A stretch of 64,000 bases of DNA from Rhynchobatus australiae (lineage: Eukaryota). Below, piece after piece: positions 1-12,849 of this stretch. Position 1 is the stretch's first letter. Every line of letters starts with the position of its first letter. Where the stretch lies: assembly GCA_034780895.1 (NCBI GenBank), contig JAUZTB010000069.1, positions 18,338,064-18,402,063 of the forward strand, in the 5' to 3' direction. A program made the position numbers and the translations under genes. The notes under the pieces were generated by a model. It was not told where the DNA came from and did no database searches. It saw only the letters and a list, made by a program, of their open reading frames with translations.

Positions 1-789
1 CCCTGCATTCAGTGTTCACAACATGACCTCCTTTGCACAGCACCTGTATCATGTCTACACGAGTGACCCTCAGTTTCAGGTCACCTGCTACATTAACTCT
101 CCATCCCACTTTATGGAGAAACGGCCAGTTCTGATAGAGAGAGAAAGGGAGCAAGTCATGAGAGTTGGAGAATTTCAGATTTCCAGCATCTGCAGAGATT
201 CTTTTTAAAAAAGAATTTGTTTAATGGACATTGACGACCCAAATCCACTTGATACAACCCACTGTGGCTTAGGTTCTCTTCACAGCCAGGGAGAGTGTTA
301 AGGACTGCCACATACTAGAGGCAAACTGCATGCAGCCTCAGCTGCAGTTTCTCAACTTTTCGTTGTGCAAGACAAGGATTCCCAATTGACAAATTCTTCC
401 CCTAATTTCGCACTCTCAGGTGGATACAAAAGATTCCAGAGCCATGAATTGAAAAGGAGGTAGAACATTTTGCCCAGGTACTCTCAAACCAACAATGCTA
501 CATACAGATTACGGGGCTATTACCATATCATTTGAGAGAGCTTGCAGGATGCAAGTCTGCTGCCAAATTTCTCTTTATATAAAACAGTAACAACATTACA
601 CAAAGTACAGACAACCCCCATGTTACAGCCATTCGGGTTACAGAAATTCACAGATCATCACCCAAACATTTGAGAGATGGAATCAAATTTGCTCTCATGG
701 AATTTGTGAAAAACTAAACTATTTTTTCCCCAACTTGCATTTCTTGATATGGTTTCACAGATGGCTTCCTGTTATGGAGAGTCACAATA

Positions 790-1320
790 TGAATCATAGA
801 ATCACAGCAAGTACTGCACAATACAGACCCTTCAGTCCACAATGTTGTGCTGACCTTTAAACTTCACCTAAAAACTATCTAACCCCTTCCTCCCACATAT
901 CATACCTCTATTTTAAATTCCTCCATATGCCTATCTAGTAACTTCCTGAATCTGACCAACGTACCTGCTTCCACCACCAAACCAAGCAGCGCATTCCACA
1001 CCACAACCACTCCGAGTANNNNNNNNNNNNNNNNNNNNNNNNNNNNNNNNNNNNNNNNNNNNNNNNNNNNNNNNNNNNNNNNNNNNNNNNNNNNNNNNNN
1101 NNNNNNNNNNNNNNNNNNCAGCATCCTGGTAAATCTCCTCTGCACCCTTTCCAACACTTCCACATCCTTCCTATAATGAGGCGACCAGAACTGGATACAG
1201 TACTCCAAGTGTGGTCTAACCAGAGTTTTGTAGAGCTGCATCATTACCTCGTGACTCAAACTTGATCCCACGACTTATGAATGCTAACATCCCATAAGAT
1301 GTCTTAACTACCCTATCCAT
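790..1320 (-). mobile_element. CR1-clade LINE 3' fragment (RT C-terminus and 3' UTR)
   Basis: ORF 900-1271 reads LYKTLVRPHLEYCIQFWSPHYRKDVEVLERVQRRFTRML, the typical CR1 ORF2 C-terminus; tail near 790-850. Confidence 0.9.
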
Positions 1321-1716
1321 ATGGATGGTCTTCTAGGAACGTAATCCTCCTGTAATGTGGGGGTTGCCTGTATTACACCAATGTGGAAGTTGCTATTGAA
1401 ATTAGATACCTTTCTTTCACAGCACTTCCTTGCACAATATTTAGATCGCTTCTTACTGGATCATTCTCCTATTTCAACACCAAATCTGACAGAGAACTTT
1501 GCCAAGCAAAAACAGGACCAGAGTCTCGTGCCTGGATTGACATCTTGCATCGAACTTCAACATTTATTTCAAGATATTGTCTCAAAATGATACTATTGCC
1601 CAATCTTACTCACAGCTAAGGAAATATTGTGACATTAACCAGTTTCATATTCAATCACTAGAAAACACCATTAATACACTGGTTCTGCTTCAATACCTCA
1701 GCATATTCTGTAGCTT

Positions 1717-1839
1717 TCAGGGATTTTTCCTCAGACGATGGCTTCGTCTGGTTGGTACTTGCATCTCATCCTCAGGGGCACTGGAGACTTCTGGAGCAAT
1801 GGGAGCTTCTGGGTTACTTTGATCCCCAACAATTGTTTC
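1717..1839 (-). CDS. SNAPC4: SNAPC4 last coding exon
   Basis: ttggcag acceptor, phase 0 matching the upstream large exon; ETIVGDQSNPEAP...PTRRSHRLRKNP* with a basic C-terminus; TGA at 1717-1719. Confidence 0.7.
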   Translation of the reverse strand, partial: ETIVGDQSNPEAPIAPEVSSAPEDEMQVPTRRSHRLRKNP

Positions 1840-4109
1840 CTGCCAACATCAGAAAAAATAAAAAGGGGTTAAAGCTCAGTTAAAAAAAAAATTATAGCTG
1901 CTGGCATTTACCCAGTTGGATAGCCACTGCTAGGGCCATTTTTACATAAGCCCCAAAAGTGACTATTCAACTGTGAGGGGCACTACAGCCAAGTTCAGTC
2001 CTAGGTACTGGTTTTCTAGCAGGTATCATTGGCCAATAACCAGAGATGCCAGGAAATTCAGTCCTTCAGCTGAAAAATGAAATCAGCCATCTAGGCACAG
2101 GCATGGGTCCATTCTGTATACAACATTTCAAATATTCACTGCAGTGGTCCAGAACAGAGGCGTTGTTTCAGTAGAAGAATGGAGCATTAATAGCACTGGT
2201 AGGACTAAAGAAAATCCATTTAGTCTTAAGGTATTTCGTTATTCAATTAAATCATTGCTAATCTATATCTTAATAATTTCTTGATACTCTCATCTAACTA
2301 AGTCCATCAAGTTCAGTTTTGAAATTTTCAAATGACCACCCGCCTCGATGGGTTCTTAGGAGGAATGCTCCAAACTTGCAATATGTTGGTATGAAGTGCT
2401 ATCCTTAAAATTAGAGCCAGGCTGGTGAAGGGTGGGTTCCCTTCCTCTGGATACCATGCCTCCAGACAGGGAAAATGGTTTCTATTTACCTCATTGATTT
2501 CTTAACACAATTAAGTCACTTCTTCATTTTCTAAATTCATTAGAATTCAAGGCTAATCAACTCAACCAGTTTTCTTAATTTTGTTTACATTAAACATGAC
2601 TGGGGTGGAGAGAGTTAAATTCTGTCCAAATCTTATATATAATAGTTGCCTGTTCTTTAAGTTTTTTTTTGAAATGAGATATTTTCATGTCACTAAAAGC
2701 AAAGTCTGCAGATGCTGGAAATTGGAAGCAAAATAAATTTCTCCAGTGTTTTCTATTTTTATTCTCATGTCATTAACTTGCAGCCAAGATGGACCTGGGG
2801 GCCNNNNNTGTCAATGATGAAGATTTATGAAGAATTAAGCTGTGGTCTCAGAATGATCAAAAACTGGTTTGAGACTCCCTGAATGAAACAAAGGCCCCAA
2901 AAGACAGGAGTAGGGAAGAGAATGAAAGACAGGTGGGAAGTGGGCCAGAACACATTAGTGGTTAGCCAGCAGTGCTGTGGAGACTCCCTAGCACACCAGA
3001 CTTCTGGATGTGAATGCTATAGTACACAAGTCAAGAATGAGCCCTTGCTCTGCCCCAATACTCAACATCCAATCCAGGCTGTTCTGTGAGCTGTCAAACC
3101 AAGGGGCCAGATACACTTAACATCAGTCCCCTCAGCTTCTCACCAGTTCATCTTGCAATGGTCCCACTCATTTCAATGGAGTTGCTGATCTGCATTTTAA
3201 CAGCACTTCAGTATTTTGTTTTGAAGAATAATAGCAAGTTCATGTGATTCTGCAGCAAAATATACTAAGTCCATTTCAAAATAATTATTTTTAATTCTTT
3301 TACAACCATCTCTAACAAGACATATTTGGAGACAGTGAAAAAGCCTTTGACAGTGAGAGGATTCAACAAATCATTAGGGCAATCTGTGACCTGGTCACCA
3401 CTCAAGAGCCTGGCTCGATCTACACAAGGCCTGTAGCAGCAATGTGTACGTAGCCATGCTGTCACAAGTTTGATGCTGCAGCAGGTTAGCAGAGGTGCTG
3501 AGTGCAAGCTGACACCTGTATAGTCCTGTCCATTAAAAACCTCAAAATGGCTGGATTCAAATCAAATGCACTGAGCCACCAGCTTTGGTTAGCATCCCTC
3601 TTCCTCAGCATTGGTTCCTATCCCTCATCCTCAAGTTAAACCNNNNNNNNNNNNNNNNNNNNNNNNNNNNNNNNNNNNNNNNNNNNNNNNNNNNNNNNNN
3701 NNNNNNNNNNNNNNNNNNNNNNNNNNNNNNNNNNNNNNNNNNNNNNNNNNNNNNNNNNNNNNNNNNNNNNNNNNNNNNNNNNNNNNNNNNNNNNNNNNNN
3801 NNNNNNNNNNNNNNNNNNNNNNNNNNNNNNNNNNNNNNNNNNNNNNNNNNNNNNNNNNNNNNNNNNNNNNNNNNNNNNNNNNNNNNNNNNNNNNNNNNNN
3901 NNNNNNNNNNNNNNNNNNNNNNNNNNNNNNNNNNNNNNNNNNNNNNNNNNNNNNNNNNNNNNNNNNNNNNNNNNNNNNNNNNNNNNNNNNNNNNNNNNNN
4001 NNNNNNNNNNNNNNNNNNNNNNNNNNNNNNNNNNNNNNNNNNNNNNNNNNNNNNNNNNNNNNNNNNNNNNNNCTGCCTGAGCAGGCTTAACTTTTTATTA
4101 ATTTCTAAA

Positions 4110-4900
4110 ACCAAGTGGAGAACACCACCCTGGTGGGCAGGTTCAGCAGTGTGGCTGGGGAGGGTTTAAACTAAATTGGCAGGGGATGGGCACCAGCGTA
4201 CAGTAATAGAAATGAGGAATAAGGTTGTGCAAAGTAGAAGTGTTGGATAGTAATAGAGAAGGCATATTTTTATGAAATGGGAGCAGACCAAGGGAGATTA
4301 TGAGCAATTCAAAACTAGGTTTAGAATTGAAATACATACATGGAGGTGGGCTGCATGTACAGCACGTGGGATTATTTAGTAGCTGCAATAACTGAAACAT
4401 GGCTAAAGACAGTTCTGGACAGTATTAATGTACCAGGATACAAGTGCTTTGAAAAGATGGGAACAGTTAAAGTGGTGTGGGTGGCAGTAGTAATTTAAGA
4501 TCTTACAGTGCTGGAGACAGAGAATGTTTTAGAGATCAATTACAGAATTCACTCAGTTGGAGTCAAGCAGCAAAACTTGAGAAGTGAGCTATCTGCAGAT
4601 GGGAGGTTTTTAAAAAATATATAGGTTACCAAACAGAGAGAAGGAAATAGAGGAACAAGCCTGATGGGAAATTATAGAAGTGTGCAAGAACTATAGCTCA
4701 GCAACCTTGGCAATTAACCCTATATCCACTGAAATAATGTGTGAGCATTAAAGAGATAAAGGCTACAGGATAAGTAAAGTTCCACAAGGAGGAAAGGCAA
4801 GGGAAACAAAGCCAGAGCTGCCTGAATAAAAGGTGTATGATGCACATCAGGTTAATGACTTTGGTGAGAATGAAGTTATAGCAAATTGAAAGGAATTGAG
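4110..4900 (+). mobile_element. Old degenerate CR1 LINE fragment (ORF1 end and endonuclease start)
   Basis: gcaataactgaaacatggcta near 4385 reads AITETWL, an APE endonuclease motif; many stops. Confidence 0.6.
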
Positions 4901-5097
4901 TGAGAGATTGGCTAGGGGTGGAAGTGTGCAGGAATACAGGAAAGAGAGAAGGCAGACAGGGGGTGGGAAAGAATTGGAGGATCAGACTTTGCTGGTATCA
5001 ATAGTTAGATATTAAACAACATGTGCAAGAGACAACATCAAATCAGCATCTTTCTCATTAAGAACATACTACAAGAACACATCTTTTTTTCACTTAC

Positions 5098-7097
5098 CAG
5101 GCTGCCCAGCAAGTCGCAACCAAATGACAGATCAGCAGGGATTTCAATGGGTTGGTTTAGCTCTCTGTTGGTTACTTCATCTGTGACACAGTGTTCTGGC
5201 AATCCTTCAGTACCTTCCTCACTCTCTGTATCTGTCTCTGTGTACTCACTTTCTTCTGTGGAGTCTTGGTTGAGACCTTCAGTTAATGAGCCAATTGTGG
5301 TCAAAGTTCCCTTTGGTGGCAATGTGGCCAGAAATGCAGGCAGTGTAAAAGCAGAGAGAAATCGGGCTTTCAAGAGTTGGTAGGCAGGGTTGTTCTGCAG
5401 GTGCTTGCTCACTAGGACTCTGGCTGCTTCAAGTCTTTTTTTGGGATCATTTGGTTCATTTACATTGTCTGCCTCAAAGGCAGGTAAGTTCTGCTCCAGG
5501 ACCTTCTTGTGCAGCAGAAGGTTTGAGAAACCTCTCAAAGTTGAGGCAAAGGGTGGCAGATAAGGTAGAGTGGTTTGTGTCCCTGGTATATGGACACCAC
5601 CTTCACCTTCCAGCCAGCCTTTCATTACTAGATCTTTGTTGTCATACAAAAGTTTAAAGTCAATCGAGGCTTTGTCCGACTNNNNNNNNNNNNNNNNNNN
5701 NNNNNNNNNNNNNNNNNNNNNNNNNNNNNNNNNNNNNNNNNNNNNNNNNNNNNNNNNNNNNNNNNNNNNNNNNNNNNNNNNCGACTGCAACCGTGCAGCT
5801 GGCAGATTGGTTTCCTTGGGTTGTGTCAAGGTGCTGGGCTGTGTACATGAAGACCCGGTGCTTGGAATATCTGCAGTCATCCTTGAATATCCAGGTCCCC
5901 GAGCAAGCGGCATGGTGGACGGAGGAGTGGGGATGTTGTGATCAATATGGTTAGCTGCTGGAAGATCTGCAGACAGTGTTGCAGCATTGGTTGATGTCAG
6001 GGTTGGAGCTGATGCTCCACAATTCGCAGGTGTTGGTGTTTGTGTCTGTTGAATCTGTGCTGCATTGGATGATGGCGGGATCAACTTGCACACTGCCAGT
6101 GAAGGAGAGTTCAGTGGCTGGGTTGGTGGCAGCTTTACACTAGAGATGGTCTGCACTGGTGCAACACTGGAGCCACCAATCACTGACTGATTGGGTGCAA
6201 AGTGGGAATTTAATGGTGCTCCAGTTGCAGTACTGGTGCTCACTCCGCCCAGGGGCATAGTGGTATCAACTGTAGTTCTGGTTTGGCTGGCTACAGTGGC
6301 TGTGGCTACAGCCTGAGCATTCTGAGTGGGTAGACCCATGACTGTGCCTGGAGGGATACACAGCAAGCCCTGGGGAGTGACCAGTGCCATGATGGGTACT
6401 GTGGAGTTGGGCAGCATTAGTGGAACCACCAGGCTGTTGGGCTGCAGCACAGGCTGCGCTGGTGGTGCTGGGGCAATTGGTTGCAGCCGCTTACCCCTGC
6501 AGCTGGCTGCAGCAGGTTGAACAGAAGGAGCAGTCAATGAAGATGCTGTCTTGAGATTTTTCACTGGTTTGACTGCAGCTGATGAATGTACCCGACTACT
6601 GTGTAGTTGTGGAGTCACCCCTAGCCCATCCTCTCCCTTGAGTTGTCCTGACAACTCCTGCGTACCTGCCACTGGCTTATCACATACAGCTTGCCCGACA
6701 GTGGATCTAGTAGCAGGCTTTGTCCTGCTCCTGGTGACCCTGGTTTGAATTGGTGAAAGTTTACTGGGTTGTTCAGTCATTTGTGGTTCAGGACCGATGG
6801 GCACCTTGCTTGAAGCTGCTGGTTGTGGCAGCACTGTTACCTGTAGCGGTTGCTGCATTATCAATGGCTGTGGAATGATGACAGGCCTGGGCGCAGGGCG
6901 AGAGGCTTTTGCCAGACCCCCAGCTCTTCGCTTCTCAGCGAGCAGCTCGAGGACAGTCTTTGGTTTCTCCCTCAGAGGTGCAGAACTCAGCTTGAACCGA
7001 CTCATTTCCATGGTCTGCCCATTACCTACGTCCATGGTGGTTCCTTTCACTTGGTTCAGATAAGGGCCTAGCCGTGAATTGTCTTCACTCTTGTTGA
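5098..7097 (-). CDS. SNAPC4: SNAPC4 large exon (P/T/S-rich region and conserved C-terminal block); contains a spurious 100-N gap
   Basis: ctttctcacag acceptor (phase 1) and CTG|gtaagt donor; KPKTVLELLAEKR, LPYLPPFASTLRGFSNLLLHKKVLE and LQNNPAYQLLKARFLSAFTLPAFLATL match recalled SNAPC4 motifs. Confidence 0.93.
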
Positions 7098-7254
7098 CTG
7101 TGAGAAAGGAAAATGACGAAAGAAATGTTGATTGACAGGCAAAAACAAGAAAGGGGAAATAACTTTGGTTGTGGGAAGCTCGTATTACAATTAAATTATA
7201 TGAATCAGAAACAATGTGGTAAATTGTTGAAAGAACCATGTTATTAAACTAAAT

Positions 7255-8020
7255 GAAAATACTGGAAATCTGAAATTAAAAGCAGAAAATGCCAAAAACA
7301 TTCATCAGGTTAGGCAGCATCTGTGGAAAGAGGAATAGTTAACATTTCATATCAGGACCCTTCATCAAAATTGGGAAAAATTGAAATCAAGTTAGTTTTC
7401 AAAAGCAGGCTAGAGAGAGTAGGGGGATAGGTGGAACAAAAGGAATATCAATAATAGGCATGAAAGGATGACTTAATGTCACAGTTAAGATTAACCCTAT
7501 TTGAGATATTCTCTACATTCCACCCTTCCACTATCTGTGCTGTCTAATACTAACTTGTTTTTGCTTATCCCCCAGTTCTGATGAAGGGTCCCAGATCTTG
7601 GGACGATCAAAGTAATCCCCTCAACCATTCCCCCCTCCCCACACCCTCCCGCAACCATGCTTCTTTTCTTCCCTTTCCTAGCCTCTTTTTTCTACCTTTT
7701 GTTTCCTTACCTTTGACCCATTCCCCAGTGGATCTGCTCTCCCCTCCTCCACACCTGCCTATCACCATCTCTTACCTGCATCTACCTATCACCACCATGT
7801 GCCCACTACACCTCCTCTTTTGTCCACCTATCACTGCTCTGCTTTTCCCTCCTATATATTAGACTTCCCCTTTTCTTATCTTCAGTCCTGGAAGAAGAGT
7901 CCTGACCTGAAACACTGACTGCCTGCTTTTCTTCATGGATGCTGCCTGGCCTGCAGAATTCCTCCAGCATCAGAGTGTTTTTCATTTAGATTCCAGCATC
8001 TGCAGCCCTTTGTTTCTCTG
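7255..8020. mobile_element. Penelope-like pLTR-derived repeats (inverted pair plus a younger 3' fragment)
   Basis: gacccttcatcaaaattggg near 7356 is inverted relative to cccagttctgatgaagggtc near 7571; ends with the recurrent gatgctgcctggcctgc...ttccagcatctgcag unit. Confidence 0.6.
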
Positions 8021-8415
8021 GGTTTTAGTTAAATTTACTATGAGAGTAATGTGAAAAGTTCAAAACAGAGGACCGGATGCTGTGTTCACAGCTGAAAAGG
8101 GGCCACTTGTGTCAAAGATCACAGGGGATCATGAGCATCTCCGATCCATAGTCCAATGGAAGCTGCATCAGTGGAACGGTACAGGCCCATCCAGTTGGAG
8201 GGCTGAGGAAAGGGTAAAGTAATTGTATATACCTGGTAGTTTATGATGCCAATCAGGAGCTGGCATAGATTAAAAACACTAATGCTGGAGGAACTCAGCA
8301 GGCCAGGCAGCATCCGTGGAGAAAAGCAGGCAGTCAACATTTCAGGTCAGGACCCTCCAAGGTTTAGAAATGCATAGATTTATAAAATGCATATCATTCC
8401 AGTATTACACCATAC

Positions 8416-8443
8416 CTGGCAAGCTTTGATCAGCCTTATTCAT
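8416..8443 (-). CDS. SNAPC4: SNAPC4 28-bp micro-exon
   Basis: ttgtcttttag|ATG AAT AAG GCT GAT CAA AGC TTG CCA G|gtatgg; phase 0 to 1 exactly bridges the flanking exons. Confidence 0.8.
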
Positions 8444-9095
8444 CTAAAAGACAAAAACAAAATTGAAGACACAATGATTAACACATACTTTCCTAAACAC
8501 AAACTATCCACCATAACATAAGTAGAACCCCATTAATAAACTGAAAGAGGAAAGAAAATAATAGGGATAACTGCCAGCAAATGGAAAACTCCACTGAAAT
8601 CCACAAACCTTTTACTGAGAAAGATTATGGGGCGGGTGTAGAATTGATGGTTTAGGTCAATGAGGGGATAAACCTACCTGGTTTTGTGACTCATGCCTGG
8701 CCAAACCAGGAGCCAGGATACGGTTCCCTCACAGTACATTTTTCAGCAAGAGAAATATGAAAGGCTCAAGACCAAGGACCTAATGCCAGTGTTCACAGCT
8801 GAAGATTTGGTACCCCAGGTGAGGGATGGGACTTACTTATTTAAATCCCCTTCTGCATAGTAGTCATCTGCAACCCAGTAATTGATCTACACAAGTAGAA
8901 CAGAGTTACAATTTGGAACTCTTAAGTCTACATGGCTCAGCTAAACTCTCACATCATTGGGTGCAGCTGTATGTTACTGAACTCAGACTGCACTCTAATC
9001 TGGACCCTAAGTTTGTCCAAGCACAATACCTCTCCACCTCCCTTCTTTACCCCACCACATATGCCCAACTATCAAATTTCCTTCTGTTAACATAC

Positions 9096-9221
9096 ACACC
9101 CCAGCACCAAGGTTGAATGGTGTCTCTTAGCCAACATTCTAGAACAAAGTTGAGTAATCTCAAGTTTCCGTACCTTGTCTTTTATGATCTGCATGCAGCC
9201 TTCTTTGTCAATCCGGAACAC
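9096..9221 (-). CDS. SNAPC4: SNAPC4 exon (VFRIDKEGCMQIIKDK...); donor position uncertain
   Basis: ttgtttgcag acceptor; resembles human LFHIDTAGCLEVVRER; phase-0 donors possible after 9174 (AAG|gtacgg) or 9096 (TGT|gtatgt). Confidence 0.75.
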
Positions 9222-10051
9222 CTGCAAACAACAAGGTAGTGTAGGTACATGTTTCACTGCTACCGATGGTACCAACTCTTATAGGACATGGGTTTTTGCC
9301 ATATATGCATTCTGCACACAGGTATAAGTGAAGTGACTGTCAAAGCTAAGACTGCTCATTTGATGGCCACATACAACTAGTTCCAGGAGATCAGTGGGAA
9401 ATCAGGGCACAAAGCTGGCTGAATATTTTTGAATTTGGGTGAAATGCAGTGCTGCAATTTGCTACCACAGAATGGGAACAGAGTAACTTGGGGGAAAGAA
9501 TCAAAGAACATAGATGTTGTCTTTTGCAGCAAGAATAATTTTGACAATGGGGGTCACAAACCACTGGACAAGCTAAAACCATGGGTCAGATACAGAGTAA
9601 AGCACTCTCTGTCCTAACGCTAATGAACCATTGTGACAGGGTTTCTACTGTCCACGTATCAGGTTTAGTAATAATACCTGTAGGTAATTTTAAGTGGTTT
9701 AATGAAAATATATTTTGGTCTGTCTACATTCCAGAAGTGAACANNNNNNNNNNNNNNNNNNNNNNNNNNNNNNNNNNNNNNNNNNNNNNNNNNNNNNNNN
9801 NNNNNNNNNNNNNNNNNNNNNNNNNNNNNNNNNNNNNNNNNNNGAAGTGAACAAGAACTATATCAACACAACTGATATTTCCCCCCCAGCTGGCAGAGAG
9901 CAACAGCTGCACCTGATCACCCCTAAACTTCAAACTCACACCTAAACAGCTTAACACTGAATCTCTGACCCACTATACAGCTCTGTCCAGTATACAAACA
10001 CTTTATTTCCCCACCCCCTCCATAAAAAACTTACATAACTGACAAGCTTAC

Positions 10052-10122
10052 TTGTAGCAAGAGTACAAAAACAGGAGTGCTGCTTAAACCAGTTGCTTCC
10101 AGTCTCTCACGCAGAACATCAA
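10052..10122 (-). CDS. SNAPC4: SNAPC4 71-bp exon
   Basis: gcatccag|TT GAT GTT...CAA|gtaagc; DVLRERLEATGLSSTPVFVLLLQ resembles human DGLREQLQQARLASTPVFTLFTQ. Confidence 0.9.
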
Positions 10123-12052
10123 CTGGATGCAAGAGAAGAAAACAGTTTTAAATATTATGCATATCCTTACCAGGTACAGTTTCCCACTTAGGTTTCAACT
10201 TTCTCACTGAGCATGCTACACAGAACTGAATGCTCTATAAGAGCTGCTTGTTGGAACTACTTTATTGCTTCTCAGGACAATGCCTGAAAAATGACAACGT
10301 GTTATCCGAGGTTAATATGTAGATCCATGGAACTAGAGGGAAAGTGGGGCAGTTTCCCCAGTGCCCTGGACCTTAATAGTTATCCCTCACTTAAACAAAT
10401 TACCTGGTTATTATTCCATTGCTGATTAGCTGTTGCATTTCCTACAATGGTGACTTCATTGCAAAAAGTACAAGAACACAAGAAAATAGTGGGCCACCAG
10501 GCACCTCAAGCCTGTTCTGCCATTCAATAGGACCATGGCCAACCTATGGTGGCCTCCTCTTGTGTGCCATTTGCCATAACCCCCAATTCCTTAATAGAAA
10601 GATAAATTTTTGAAATATTAAATACTTATCTATTTAAATATATTTAATGATCTGGCATTCACCACCCTCTGGGACAGAGAATTGCAGAGATTCACAAGCA
10701 GAGAAATTTCTATGCACCTCAGTTTTAAATGACCAGCCTCTTATTCTGAAGGTGTCCTCTTGTTTGTGACTCCCCCATGAGTGAAAATATTTCAACAACT
10801 ACCCTATCAACCCCTTAGGATCGTATGTTTGAGGTGTAACCTTCCTCCTTCTCCCAAAGGAGAAGTAATAAAGACCTAAACTGTCTAGATTCTCTTGATA
10901 GGATACTTAATTGATTTTAAAGTTGCCTCATGGTGTGAAGGGTGCTACTAATTTTAAGAAAATACTACAAATACAAAAAGTATCTGGAAAAAAAAGGGAG
11001 ATCAATTTTTTCTGATCTACACCCACATCAGAATTTACCTGAAGCATCAACCAATGCTTCTGAACTTCTGATGAACCCAGCATTTCTATTCTGGCACAAG
11101 GAGGATTTTTCAGGTTAGATCTGGTGAAACATTGTTCTCTAGTGAATTGAAGCGACCTGAAACATTAACTCTTTCTCTCTCCACAGATGCTCCACAACCA
11201 GCTAAGTGTCCCCAGCATTTTATGTTTTATTTTCTAACAGAGGTTTTATTCTGCTGCTAACAGCAATGCTTGCCTCAAAGACATAGTTGAACTGTTGCAA
11301 GTCAAATGCGATAGGTGGAGTCCAAGATGCAGCAGGTCAGCATTTGTAAAGAGAAGATGNNNNNNNNNNNNNNNNNNNNNNNNNNNNNNNNNNNNNNNNN
11401 NNNNNNNNNNNNNNNNNNNNNNNNNNNNNNNNNNNNNNNNNNNNNNNNNNNNNNNNNNNNNNNNNNNNNNNNNNNNNNNNNNNNNNNNNNNNNNNNNNNN
11501 NNNNNNNNNNNNNNNNNNNNNNNNNNNNNNNNNNNNNNNNNNNNNNNNNNNNNNNNNNNNNNCTCTGTGACTAATTTCAGGCCCTCTATCAGCAAATGAA
11601 GGATTTAAAAAAAAACCTTGAAATCCTAAGCTCCTTTTTCTGGTGCCGTCCAACTGTTGGGTGCTTACTTAAGATGTGGGGTTTCTCCATTTCCCTTTTG
11701 TCAAGGGGCTCAGGTCTCATGGGCATCTGCTTAATTCAATATCTTTTCTTTGAAAGAACCCAGTGGCCCTGATGAGTAAATACCCTTTATTATTTACATA
11801 GCAGATGGGCAACAGTCAGCCTCATGGTACACTATCCAACAAATTTAGAATCTGAAGATACAATTTCACCCCTACTCAGAAAAAAAATTAAATTAAAGTA
11901 ACTTGCATTTATGTAAAAGGTGTCTTCAACAGTAAATGCTCCAAGCCACTTTACAGAGGGATAAAGATATTTTTGCATCTCTCAAAAGGAAATAAAGCCA
12001 AGTGGCAAAAGTTGTGGTCACTGTAGTATATTTTAAGAAAAGGCTTCAAAAA

Positions 12053-12077
12053 GTGTGTGTGTGTGTGTGTGTGTGTG
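12053..12077. repeat. (GT)n microsatellite
   Basis: About 12 perfect GT units. Confidence 0.95.
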
Positions 12078-12623
12078 GGGAAAGAGGTGGTGGACAGATT
12101 TAGATGTGAATTCCAAACTTCATATTTGACAGTTGGAGACATGATCAACACCGTTGAACTGATTAAAATTAAATAGTGCTCAAGGTGCTAGAAGCAAAGG
12201 AACACATATAATGGAGGGTTATATGATCTGAAAAGGCTAGAGGGGGTTGAGGCTATGAAAAGATTTAAAAGGATAAGAACTTAAAATAGACATTACTAGA
12301 CTGGCAGCCAAAGTTGGTCAGGAAGCACATGGGTGATGGGTGAACAGAACCTGCTGCAAATGCAAATAGATTCTTGATGAGCTTCAGATATGGGAATTGG
12401 CGAGTGGGAGACTGGCCAGGATGGCATTAGTTTTACAAGTAGCAGAAGGTATGATGTAGGATGTAGGAGAGATTCACATAGCAGTTATGAAAAATAGTGC
12501 ACTTCTGAGTTTTTGCTTTGGTTTCTTGAAGGAAATTGGAAGAAGGGTTAGGCAAGGGACAATTGTCTCGAAAGAGGTCTGAGATGCCCAAGCCTAGACC
12601 CATTGCTAAGTTGTGTTGCTTAC

Positions 12624-12849
12624 TTTCCATCCGAACAAGTGGCCTTGCTGTAGTCCAGCGGGAGATCTCTGCAAGTAAACTTCTGTCCAAATTCCTTTCA
12701 GAGAGGTATGCTGCAGGCATCCTGCGCCTCGTCTGCTTGGGATCCCTTTGGGATGGAGGTTCCTGTTGCACATCATTTGCAACCGGGCACTGGGCAATTC
12801 TGGGAGGTGGGTCTGCCTCTGGCACTGTTGTTAATGCAGATGATGCACT
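12624..12849 (-). CDS. SNAPC4: SNAPC4 exon
   Basis: cctttgtacag acceptor in phase 0, A|gtaagc donor in phase 1; ERNLDRSLLAEISRW resembles human LHRRLLMAVTPW. Confidence 0.8.

Noticed and set aside
3585-4169. Long ORFs spanning N runs (also near 11.3, 22, 37.1, 49.4 and 61.4 kb)
   Set aside because: Their length comes from translating Ns
5038-7239. 733-aa ORF as a stand-alone gene
   Set aside because: It is the large SNAPC4 exon plus intronic read-through; splice sites bound it at 7097 and 5098
10171-10283. Exon-like segment with a good acceptor and donor on the minus strand
   Set aside because: Stops in all three frames, only a 48-bp downstream intron, and the flanking exons already join in phase
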